Assembly: GCA_023146255.1 (NCBI GenBank)
Contig: JAGLCJ010000016.1
Location: forward strand, 14,478-78,477
Origin: Alcanivoracaceae bacterium
Lineage (GTDB): Bacteria > Pseudomonadota > Gammaproteobacteria > Pseudomonadales > Alcanivoracaceae
Direction of reading: 5' to 3'
Length of the DNA: 64,000 bases
Shown here: piece by piece, positions 28,262 through 36,039 of the stretch
Position numbering within the stretch: position 1 is the first letter of the stretch
Layout of the letters: each line of letters begins with the position of its first letter
Notes under the pieces: generated by a model
Databases searched by the model: none
What the model saw: only the letters and a program-made list of their open reading frames with translations
What the model was told of the DNA's origin: nothing
Program-made: the position numbers and the translations under genes

Positions 28262-29176
28262 TCACTTGAGCAGGGAAGGCAAATCATCACGCACCTGACG
28301 GATATCTTCTTCATGCTTGAGTAGCAGGTTGAGGGTGCTATCCACCAGTGCTGGCTCAAGACTCTCGACATGCAGTAACAGCAACGCCCGAGCCCAGTCG
28401 ATGGACTCGGAAATCGCCGGCTGCTTTTTCAAATCCAGGGTGCGCAACTTCTGGACAAAATCCACCAGTTGCTTGCGCAGTGCCTGCGGCGCTTCCGGCA
28501 CCCGAGCGGCAATAATCTGCTGCTCCAGCGAGGCATCCGGATAGGGGATATACAGATGCAGGCAGCGGCGTTTTAACGCATCGGACAGCTCGCGACTGTT
28601 GTTACTGGTCAGAAACACCAGCGGCTCATGGCGCGCCCTGACCGTGCCCAGCTCGGGGATGGAAATCTGGTAATCGGACAACAACTCCAGCAGAAACGCT
28701 TCAAACTCCTGGTCAGCCTTGTCGACCTCATCAATCAGCAGTACCGGCGATTCGTCAGCGCGTAACGCCTGCAACAGCGGCCGCGGCTCGAGAAAGGTTT
28801 CCGAATAGAATGCATCGCCGAGATCGCCCAGCCGACTCATCGCTTCTTCAAGGCCGCCCGCGCCGTCAAGCTTGCCGGCAAACTGCTCACGCAACAGCTG
28901 GGTATAAAGTAACTGCTTGCCATACTTCCATTCGTACAGTGCCCGCGCCTCGTCAAGGCCCTCATAGCACTGCAGACGAATCAGTGGTGCTTCGAGAAAG
29001 GCGGCACTGGCCTTGGCCAACTCGGTTTTGCCGACGCCCGGTGGACCCTCCACCAGCACCGGCTTGCGCAGTTGCGCAGCGAGATAGACCGCCATGGCAA
29101 TCTGGTCATTGCAGACATAGCCCTGACGGGCGAAGCTGTCGCGCACTTCAGCGACGGACAGGATACGGGTTTTCAT
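28262..29176 (-). CDS. MoxR-family AAA+ ATPase (CoxD-like)
   Basis: Trimmed to ATG 29176 (MKTRILSVAEV). Walker A GPPGVGKT and Walker B VLLIDEVDKA. Confidence 0.85.
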   Translation of the reverse strand: MKTRILSVAEVRDSFARQGYVCNDQIAMAVYLAAQLRKPVLVEGPPGVGKTELAKASAAFLEAPLIRLQCYEGLDEARALYEWKYGKQLLYTQLLREQFAGKLDGAGGLEEAMSRLGDLGDAFYSETFLEPRPLLQALRADESPVLLIDEVDKADQEFEAFLLELLSDYQISIPELGTVRARHEPLVFLTSNNSRELSDALKRRCLHLYIPYPDASLEQQIIAARVPEAPQALRKQLVDFVQKLRTLDLKKQPAISESIDWARALLLLHVESLEPALVDSTLNLLLKHEEDIRQVRDDLPSLLK

Positions 29177-29222
29177 GCGGAGCCCTTTTCCGGAACAGGC
29201 CGTCAGTCTACAGGGAATCGGA

Positions 29223-29888
29223 ATGAGCCGGATAACCACGATATTTTTTGACTTCGGCGGCGTGATCGCCGACAGCCCGTTTGCCAACCTGTCGCGCTAT
29301 GAACGCGAGCGCGGCCTGCCAGCGGATTTCATCCGCCTGACCAACGCCGACAACCCGGACAACAATGCCTGGGCCTGCTTCGAACGCGGCGAAATTGATC
29401 TGGACGAGTTCGACCGCCGCTTCCGCGCCGAAACCTGCGCCCGCGGCCGCGAAGTCCCCGGCCGCGACCTGATCCCGCTGCTGCAGGTCGAGGTGCGCCC
29501 GGCGATGATTGCCCTGCTAGACCAGCTGCGCAGCAAGGGCCTGCGCCTCGCCTGCCTGACCAACAACCTGCCAGTCGGCGACGGCCCCGGCATGAGCCAG
29601 GACAGCGCCCATGCCGGCAAGGTCGCCGAGGTGCTGAATCGCTTTGAGCTGGTGCTGGAATCCTGCCGGGTTGGCGCCCGTAAGCCGGAACCGAAGTTCT
29701 TCCAGCTCGCTTGCGAAAAAATGCAGGTAGCGCCGGATGAGGTCGTCTTTCTCGACGATCTTGGCATTAATCTGAAGCCGGCACGGGCCATGGGAATGAC
29801 CACCATCAAGGTGGTATCTGCGGAGCAAGCGATAGAAGCCCTGGCAGCTCTGAACTCAACTCAGAAGGATTTCACACTTAAGGTTTGA
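29223..29888 (+). CDS. HAD-superfamily hydrolase (epoxide hydrolase N-terminal/ACAD10-like phosphatase type)
   Basis: Trimmed to ATG 29223. Motif I-like IFFDFGGVI and a C-terminal VVFLDDLGINL. Confidence 0.75.
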   Translation: MSRITTIFFDFGGVIADSPFANLSRYERERGLPADFIRLTNADNPDNNAWACFERGEIDLDEFDRRFRAETCARGREVPGRDLIPLLQVEVRPAMIALLDQLRSKGLRLACLTNNLPVGDGPGMSQDSAHAGKVAEVLNRFELVLESCRVGARKPEPKFFQLACEKMQVAPDEVVFLDDLGINLKPARAMGMTTIKVVSAEQAIEALAALNSTQKDFTLKV

Positions 29889-29902
29889 AATAGCAGGTGC
29901 GA

Positions 29903-30016
29903 GGCCCGGTCGCCTGTCAGGGGTTGACGGGACTGTGTGAGACATGGATGTCGAACACAAGCCTACAGGGACGTATTCACGGCGTGTCCCGGCAACCCCT
30001 GACAGGCGACCGGGCC
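29903..30016. repeat. Family A palindromic element, copy 3 (114 bp)
   Basis: The terminal 30 nt are reverse complements with one mismatch. It lies between the convergent HAD and ABM genes. Confidence 0.85.
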
Positions 30017-30041
30017 GTAGACGTTCACTGCCACACCGAAT

Positions 30042-30401
30042 TTAATGCAGAACAATATTGTCCGCGTACTGCACCCGCGGCAATTCAACCGAATCTTCCT
30101 GCTCACTCCACTCCGCCTCCTGCACATCGAACTGCGCAGACGTCACCTCACCTTCGATCAGATCAGGAATGGCATCGAGGAACATATCAACGTGCTCGGA
30201 AGCGAAATGGTCTTCCAGTGCATCGAGCGAATCCCACTGCTGCCAGATCACGATGGTCTCCGGCGAGTCGGCTTGAATATAGACCTCGTAGGACAGGCAG
30301 CCGTGCTCGGCACGGGAGGCCTCAGCCAGCTGCTGAATCAGGGTGACCGCCTCTTCACGACGGTCAGACTTCACCGGAATCGAGCCTTTGACGATGATCA
30401 T
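30042..30401 (-). CDS. Antibiotic-biosynthesis-monooxygenase (ABM) domain protein
   Basis: 119 aa with an ABM-like N-terminal about 95 aa (MIIVKGSIPVKSDRREEAVTLIQQL...WDSLDALEDHFASEH). Confidence 0.7.
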   Translation of the reverse strand: MIIVKGSIPVKSDRREEAVTLIQQLAEASRAEHGCLSYEVYIQADSPETIVIWQQWDSLDALEDHFASEHVDMFLDAIPDLIEGEVTSAQFDVQEAEWSEQEDSVELPRVQYADNIVLH

Positions 30402-30456
30402 GCGGGTCCGCTGTCGGAATCAGGGGCGCGGACTATAGCACATCCGCGCCCGCTCT

Positions 30457-31278
30457 TCAGGCACCGGCTGTCGCGGAGGCGCCCTGCAGACGCTCACGGA
30501 AAAACGCCAGCACCCGGTCCAGCGCCTGCCGGGTCGGGTGGCCGGCCTCATCGACCAGATCCGTCGTCACCACGGAATGGGCGGTCGGCGGGATACGGTG
30601 CGGGTTGCCCAACTTTGAATTGATCTCGATCGCCTCGAAACCATCACCAAGCTGCTTCTCCAGCTCCCTGAAGCGCGCTCCGGGGCAGAGCGGGTCCGCG
30701 GTAAAGCGCAGCCCCAGCACCTTCAGGCCCTCTTCCTCGACCCGCTGGCGCACCGCCGCCACCACCGCCGGCGAGGCATGCAGGCCCCGGCGCAGGGCCG
30801 GCAACGGCCCCACCGGCAGCGACGGCTGACTCAACACCGGTGCCATCAGCCACGGGTCCATCGCCATGGTCAGGGCGAAGTTGCCGGTCAGACACATGCC
30901 GATGGCGCCCACCGGGCCACCGAGCTCCTCGTGGGCAGCACGGGCCAGGCCACGAAGGAAATCGGTTACCGGGCTGGCCTTGTTGGCGGACAGCACGCTG
31001 AACTCCTTGCGGATGCAGGCGGCGCTCATCTGCCGGGCGACATAGTCGATCGAGAAGCGCTGGCCCGGGGTGCCAAACAGTGAAGGCATAAACACGGTAA
31101 AGCCGGCATCCGCCACCGTGCGGGCGAAACGCGCCACTTCCGGGGTAATGCCCGGCACCTCGTGAATCACCAGCACCGCCGGGCCGCTGCCCTTGCGGAA
31201 CACCGGGTAGGTGTACTCGCCGTGGCTGAACTCCTCGACGCTGAAATCTTCCAGTGAATCGAATTCACGAATCGGCAT
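30457..31278 (-). CDS. Dienelactone hydrolase family protein
   Basis: 273 aa with an alpha/beta fold and a Cys nucleophile elbow (GAIGMCLTGNF). Confidence 0.75.
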   Translation of the reverse strand: MPIREFDSLEDFSVEEFSHGEYTYPVFRKGSGPAVLVIHEVPGITPEVARFARTVADAGFTVFMPSLFGTPGQRFSIDYVARQMSAACIRKEFSVLSANKASPVTDFLRGLARAAHEELGGPVGAIGMCLTGNFALTMAMDPWLMAPVLSQPSLPVGPLPALRRGLHASPAVVAAVRQRVEEEGLKVLGLRFTADPLCPGARFRELEKQLGDGFEAIEINSKLGNPHRIPPTAHSVVTTDLVDEAGHPTRQALDRVLAFFRERLQGASATAGA

Positions 31279-31299
31279 GGTTACTCCCTCAGTCCGGCC

Positions 31300-31998
31300 T
31301 CAGACACTGTCACGGAAACGAACACTTTCACCCAGCGGCTCACGGCCGACACGGGTACGGTTGGCGGCTACGCTCTCGTCCTCGTAACCAAAGCTGATGC
31401 CGCAGAGAATCGCGGTGCTGTCCGGCTCACCGAACAGGTCGCGAACATCCTGGGGGTAGTAGCGCATCGAACCCTGAGCGCAGCTACCGATGCCGAAGCT
31501 GGTCATCACCAGCATCAGGGTCTGGATATACATGCCGACATCCAGCGCCACGGTGACGCCGAACTGGCGTTCCATGCCGATAAACGCCACATGCGGGGCA
31601 TCAAACAACTCAAAGTTGCGCAGGCTGGCGCGGGCGCGGCCTTCGCGGTCATCGCGGGCGATGCCCATGTTGTTGTACAGCTCCACCGCACAATCCACCT
31701 GACGCTTGCGGTAGACGCCTTCAAAGTTGGGCAGGTGTTCGAAATCCGGCTGGACCGGATCGCCTTGGGTCACATGCTCAACCATGCGGCTGCGCAGCTC
31801 GTCGCGCATGGCGCCAGAGGCGACGAATACTTTCCACGGCTGGATATTGCAGTTCGACGGCGCCAGCTGGGCCAGCCCGAACACCTCATCCAGCACCGCC
31901 TGCGGCACCGGGTCCGGGCGGTAGCCGCGCACCGAGCGACGCTGGCGCAGAGCCTCGGCAAGGGACATGGTTTCGGCGGTGGTGGCAGGCAGGGTCAT
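31300..31998 (-). CDS. Nitroreductase family protein
   Basis: Trimmed to ATG 31998, which has GAGGAG upstream. Blocks RRSVRGY and APSNCNIQPW. Confidence 0.8.
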   Translation of the reverse strand: MTLPATTAETMSLAEALRQRRSVRGYRPDPVPQAVLDEVFGLAQLAPSNCNIQPWKVFVASGAMRDELRSRMVEHVTQGDPVQPDFEHLPNFEGVYRKRQVDCAVELYNNMGIARDDREGRARASLRNFELFDAPHVAFIGMERQFGVTVALDVGMYIQTLMLVMTSFGIGSCAQGSMRYYPQDVRDLFGEPDSTAILCGISFGYEDESVAANRTRVGREPLGESVRFRDSV

Positions 31999-32084
31999 GG
32001 CTACTCCTCGAATCAGATTTCGGCAGCGGTCACAGTCTGCCGCATAAACGGCGCCTATGATGAACGGCAAAGGAGGACTTCGCG

Positions 32085-32312
32085 ATGGTAAAACTGAAAT
32101 CATTAGTGACCGGATTGGTCATTGGCTTGCTGCTCGGATTATGGGGCGGCGTCAACATCGGCAAGGGTCAGCCACTGTACGCCAACCCGTTCACCAGCAA
32201 GAGCGTGCCGGACACGGTTCGCGACGCCGGCAAGGAGCTGCTACGCGAATCCGGCGAGGCACTGGAGAAAGGCGGGGAAGCGCTGAAAGAAAAAGCCGGC
32301 GCAGATCAGTAA
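32085..32312 (+). CDS. Small membrane-anchored protein (75 aa)
   Basis: Strong SD (AGGAGG 8 nt upstream), an N-terminal TM helix (LVTGLVIGLLLGLWGGV) and a charged tail. Confidence 0.6.
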   Translation: MVKLKSLVTGLVIGLLLGLWGGVNIGKGQPLYANPFTSKSVPDTVRDAGKELLRESGEALEKGGEALKEKAGADQ

Positions 32313-32355
32313 GCACTGACATACGCCGGCCAGGAGGAGAAACCGGAAAACCCGT

Positions 32356-32688
32356 TCAGGCGGCGACCTGTTCCTTCTCGGCCACCTGCATCGCCCGGCA
32401 GATTTCCTCAATCGCCGGTGGGATGCGGATATTGCGTTCATGGCGGATCTCCAGCCCGTAGCGGCTGACGCAGTGTGGGCACAACACCATGTAGGCGTCC
32501 TCCACCCCTTCCTCCTGCTCCGCCACCAGCCAGCCCTCGCCTTTCGCGCGCTGGCCGATGTCGTGGTAGTAGTCCAGCCCGATCGGCCGGTTCGGCTCAA
32601 AATCGAAGGTGTTGATACAACCGTGACAGTTCAGCCACATGTCATACAGCGCGGCCGCGTCGTACACATCCCTGGGATCGAATGCCAT
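32356..32688 (-). CDS. Hypothetical protein with two CxxC pairs (zinc-ribbon-like), 110 aa
   Basis: Trimmed to ATG 32688, which has GGAGG 5 nt upstream. It contains CHGC and CPHC pairs. I recognise no family. Confidence 0.55.
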   Translation of the reverse strand: MAFDPRDVYDAAALYDMWLNCHGCINTFDFEPNRPIGLDYYHDIGQRAKGEGWLVAEQEEGVEDAYMVLCPHCVSRYGLEIRHERNIRIPPAIEEICRAMQVAEKEQVAA

Positions 32689-32723
32689 GCCTGCCTCCAT
32701 TTTTACAATATCAATAACTTAGG

Positions 32724-32817
32724 AGACATACTTAAAGTAACTTTCAGAGAAAGGCAAGCCCATATAAACATCTTTTGTGAATCTCATCATAAAGTTACAA
32801 GACATACTTAAAGTAAC
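32724..32817. repeat. Two perfect 18-bp direct repeats in an AT-rich promoter region
   Basis: AGACATACTTAAAGTAAC occurs at 32724-32741 and 32800-32817, 76 bp apart. It is associated with GTAACTTT/AAAGTTAC inverted motifs. The region is upstream of the 32688 gene. Confidence 0.8.
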
Positions 32818-32821
32818 CTCC

Positions 32822-32882
32822 CCTGCAGGAGCGGCCGACCGGCCGCGAAAGCTCTTCGCGGTCGATCGACCGCTCCTACAGG
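32822..32882. repeat. Family C REP pair, copy 2
   Basis: CCTGCAGGAGCGGCCGACCGGCCGCGAAAGC TCTTCGCGGTCGATCGACCGCTCCTACAGG. It overlaps the TetR stop codon and is probably a terminator-like hairpin. Confidence 0.8.
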
Positions 32883-33550
32883 GCGTCCTTCTGCACCGTC
32901 AGAACGTCACCAAGGCGGGCGCCGCTGAGCAGGGCGCGGGCGCCGAGAAACACCATCGACAGCTGCACCACCACCCGGTCGCGACCGGCGCGGCGCTGGG
33001 CCGGCGTCATGTCCAGCGCCAGAATGCCGTAGCCGAACATCACCGCCACCGCCGCCTCGGCGGCGCGCAGGTCGTCCACCGGCGGCAGGTTGCGGTGCTC
33101 GCCGACGCTGCGGACATCGTCCGCCAGCTCCTCCACCAGCAGCTGCAGCTCACGGTGCACCCGGCGACGAATACTGGCCGAGGTGCCGAGGCGTTGCTGC
33201 ACCAGCAGACGGAACTCGGCCTCGTTGCCGGCCAGATAGGCCAGAAAGCGGTCGACCAGATCGCGTACCCCACTGGCCGGATCGGCTACGATCAGTTCGC
33301 GCCGGCCCTGGCGCATGGCATTGCGCAGTCGGAAGCAGGCCTGATCCACCAGCGCCTGACCAAGGCTGTCCATATCGGGAAAGTGGTTATACAGCGACGG
33401 CGCCGCCAGCTCGGCCTGCCGCGCCACCTCTCGCAGGCCGAGGCTGTCGAGACCGCGGCCGCTGACCAGCAGCTGCATCGCCGCATCGAGGATCTTTTGC
33501 CGGGTCAGGGCCTTGCGTTCGGCTCGGTTCAGGGTCATGACCTGCTCCAC
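32876..33550 (-). CDS. TetR family transcriptional regulator
   Basis: 224 aa with an N-terminal HTH (LGLREVARQAELAAPSLYNHFPD). It is divergent from the fatty acyl-CoA reductase gene. Confidence 0.85.
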   Translation of the reverse strand: MEQVMTLNRAERKALTRQKILDAAMQLLVSGRGLDSLGLREVARQAELAAPSLYNHFPDMDSLGQALVDQACFRLRNAMRQGRRELIVADPASGVRDLVDRFLAYLAGNEAEFRLLVQQRLGTSASIRRRVHRELQLLVEELADDVRSVGEHRNLPPVDDLRAAEAAVAVMFGYGILALDMTPAQRRAGRDRVVVQLSMVFLGARALLSGARLGDVLTVQKDAL

Positions 33551-33750
33551 TGAATGTACAGTTGTAAGTTATATCAGACGGCCATGATGCCATTGAAGCC
33601 TGTTAAATAAGAATAATAATTTCGGATGATTGACCAAAAGACGATCAACCCGTAAATTTCGCCTCACATTTGTTAGGCCTAATTCGGCGACCGTGCTGAA
33701 GCTGGCTGGAAAAGACAAAACAGGAAGGCAGCCGCGCCGGATTCCGCTAC

Positions 33751-33766
33751 AGTCTGAGCACAGACT
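33751..33766. promoter_or_regulatory. Perfect 6-4-6 palindrome, candidate operator
   Basis: AGTCTG-AGCA-CAGACT lies about 90 bp upstream of the reductase ATG, in the TetR/reductase divergent region. Assignment to the TetR protein is a guess. Confidence 0.3.
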
Positions 33767-33853
33767 TCAGGGAACTGGCCGGCGCTGATGCGGACATAGC
33801 GCAACACTGCCTGCCTGCAATAAGAAATCGCTGCAAAAAAGAAGGGGAATACC

Positions 33854-35866
33854 ATGAATTACTTTGTCACTGGCGCCACCGGCTTTATCGGTCGCTTTCT
33901 GCTTGCCCGCTTGCTGAACCGCAAGGACAGTCGCGTTTTCGCCCTGATCCGTCCCGGTTCCGAATACAAGCTGGATGCCCTGCGCCGGCGCCTGAATGTC
34001 GAGCCGGAGCGTCTGGTTGGCATCAAGGGCGACCTGACCAAAAAAGTGCTCGGCGTCAGCAAGCGCGATCGCGACGATCTCGCCGCCGCGAAAATTGATC
34101 ACTTTTTCCATCTGGCGGCAATCTACGATCTCACCGCCGATGAAAACCAGCAGCGCTATACCAACATCGAAGGCACCCGCAACGCCCTGCGTCTTGCCGA
34201 GGAGCTGAACGCCGGCTGCTTCCATCACATCAGCTCGGTGGCCGCCGCCGGCCTGTATGACGGCACCTTCCGTGAAGACATGTTCGATGAAGCTGGCGAG
34301 CTGGCCGACGCCTACCTGCAGACCAAACACGAAGCCGAAGCGCTGGTGCGACTGGAAGCGAAACTGCCGTGGCGCATCTACCGCCCGTCCATGGTGGTTG
34401 GCCACTCGCAGACCGGCGAGATGGACAAGATTGATGGCCCCTATTACTTCTTCAAACTGATCCAGAAACTCAGCGACGTACTGCCGCCCTGGGTGCCGCT
34501 GCTCGGCATCGAAGGTGGCCAGTTCAATATTGTCCCGGTGGATTTTGTTGCCAGCGCCATTGATCACATTGCCCATGTGCCGGACCGCGACAGCCAGTGC
34601 TTCCACCTGACTGCCGACCGTCACTACAGCGTCGGCGAAGTCATGAACATTTTCGCCGGCGTTGCCGATGCACCGAAAATGCCGGTGCGTATCGACAACA
34701 GCGTGTTCGAAGCGGTGCCGGGCATGGTTCGCAAGGGCATCAGCTCGCTGACTCCGGCAAAGTTTTTCCTGCATCAGGCTCTGGAAGGCCTGGATATTCC
34801 CGAGTCGGCACTGAAGTTCCTCAGCTACCCGACCAGTTTCGACAACAGCAACGCCAAGGCCGCGCTGAACGGTAGCGGCATTGAAGCACCGGAACTGGAA
34901 GCCTATGCCCAGCTGCTTTGGGATTACTGGGAAAACCATCTGGACCCGGACCGTGACTCGCGCGAAGACGACAACGCACCGTCAATCAGCCTGGAAGAGC
35001 GCGTTGCCGGCAAGGTGGTGCTGGTCACCGGCGCCACCTCCGGTATCGGCAAGGCCGCCGCGCTGAAACTGGCCCGTGCCGGCGCCATCGTGCTGGTGGT
35101 GGCCCGTACCGCAGAAAAGCTGGAAGAAACCCTGCACGAAATCGAACAGCTCGGCGGCAAGGCGTTCTCCTACAGCGCTGACGTATCGCACCTGGACGAC
35201 TGCGACCGCCTGATCAAGCAGATTATTGCCGACCATGGTCAGGTCGATATTCTGGTCAACAATGCCGGCCGTTCCATTCGTCGCTCGGTGGAGCATTCAT
35301 TTGATCGCTTCCACGATTTCGAACGGACCATGCAGCTGAACTACTTCGGCGCCCTGCGCCTGATCATGCAGCTGCTGCCGTCCATGACCCAGCGTGGCAG
35401 CGGTCACATCATCAACATCTCCTCGATTGGTGTCCTGACCAACGCGCCGCGTTTCTCGGCTTATGTTGCTTCCAAGGCGGCGCTGGATGCATTCACCCGC
35501 TGCGCGGCGTCGGAGCTTGCCCACCACGGCATTCGCTTCACCACCATCAACATGCCGCTGGTGCGCACGCCGATGATCGCGCCGACCAAGATCTACAACC
35601 ATGTGCCGACCATCAGCCCGAATCAGGCCGCCGACATGATCTGTGATGCCATCGTGCGCCAGCCCAAGCGGATCGCCACCAGTCTCGGTATTGTCGGCCA
35701 GGTGATGCACTTCCTGACCCCGAAGATCACCGAAACCATCATGAATACCGGCTACAAGATTTTCTCCGACTCGTCTGCGGCACTGGGCCAGAAAGAGAAA
35801 ACCCCGAAGCGGATCAGCCGCGAGCAGCAAGCCTTCTCACGGCTGTTCAAGGGCATCCACTGGTAA
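33854..35866 (+). CDS. Two-domain fatty acyl-CoA reductase (N-terminal NAD-binding reductase domain plus C-terminal Acr1-like SDR)
   Basis: 670 aa. N-terminal Rossmann VTGATGFIG with YxxxK (YLQTK). The second domain has VTGATSGIG, NNAGRSIRRS, FDRFHDFERTMQLNYFG, YVASK and PLVRTPMIAPTKIY, and ends ...LFKGIHW as Acinetobacter Acr1 does. The architecture resembles the roughly 660-aa Marinobacter alcohol-forming reductase. Confidence 0.85.
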   Translation: MNYFVTGATGFIGRFLLARLLNRKDSRVFALIRPGSEYKLDALRRRLNVEPERLVGIKGDLTKKVLGVSKRDRDDLAAAKIDHFFHLAAIYDLTADENQQRYTNIEGTRNALRLAEELNAGCFHHISSVAAAGLYDGTFREDMFDEAGELADAYLQTKHEAEALVRLEAKLPWRIYRPSMVVGHSQTGEMDKIDGPYYFFKLIQKLSDVLPPWVPLLGIEGGQFNIVPVDFVASAIDHIAHVPDRDSQCFHLTADRHYSVGEVMNIFAGVADAPKMPVRIDNSVFEAVPGMVRKGISSLTPAKFFLHQALEGLDIPESALKFLSYPTSFDNSNAKAALNGSGIEAPELEAYAQLLWDYWENHLDPDRDSREDDNAPSISLEERVAGKVVLVTGATSGIGKAAALKLARAGAIVLVVARTAEKLEETLHEIEQLGGKAFSYSADVSHLDDCDRLIKQIIADHGQVDILVNNAGRSIRRSVEHSFDRFHDFERTMQLNYFGALRLIMQLLPSMTQRGSGHIINISSIGVLTNAPRFSAYVASKAALDAFTRCAASELAHHGIRFTTINMPLVRTPMIAPTKIYNHVPTISPNQAADMICDAIVRQPKRIATSLGIVGQVMHFLTPKITETIMNTGYKIFSDSSAALGQKEKTPKRISREQQAFSRLFKGIHW

Positions 35867-35890
35867 GCCATCGGCGCAGCGGCAAGCGCA

Positions 35891-35929
35891 AACGGAAAAG
35901 GCCCGACGATTTGCCGGGCCTTTTCCGTT
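35891..35929 (+). terminator. Rho-independent terminator after the reductase gene
   Basis: AACGGAAAAGGCCCG-N9-CGGGCCTTTTCCGTT. Confidence 0.75.
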
Positions 35930-36039
35930 CTGGCGGTCAGGCACGGTGGGTGATGGTGTCCATATTTCCCGCTTTATGAGACCATCGCGGCCATAGCGCG
36001 CCCTGCGCCTGCCCCCATATCTGCCCCGGTACACTGTCC

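Noticed and set aside
17630-30016. Possibility that the repeated palindromes form a CRISPR array
   Set aside because: The copies are kilobases apart and not regularly spaced, there are no short unique spacers between them, and no cas genes are present. They are dispersed REP/MITE-like elements.
29897-30346. 149-aa ORF starting in family A copy 3 and running antisense to the ABM gene
   Set aside because: It has a repeat-derived 5' end and a Pro/Arg/Ala-rich body antisense to a supported gene.
33767-34939. 390-aa minus-strand ORF antisense to the fatty acyl-CoA reductase
   Set aside because: The plus-strand gene has two Rossmann motifs and Acr1 blocks. The antisense frame is an Ala/Gly/His-rich artefact.
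35837-36034. Short ORFs flanking the YcaO gene (35837..36034 and 38235..38438, minus strand) as candidate RiPP precursor peptides
   Set aside because: Both are on the opposite strand. One lies over the terminator/promoter region and the other over REP units. They are Arg/Gly-rich without a Cys/Ser/Thr-rich core and lack Shine-Dalgarno sequences.
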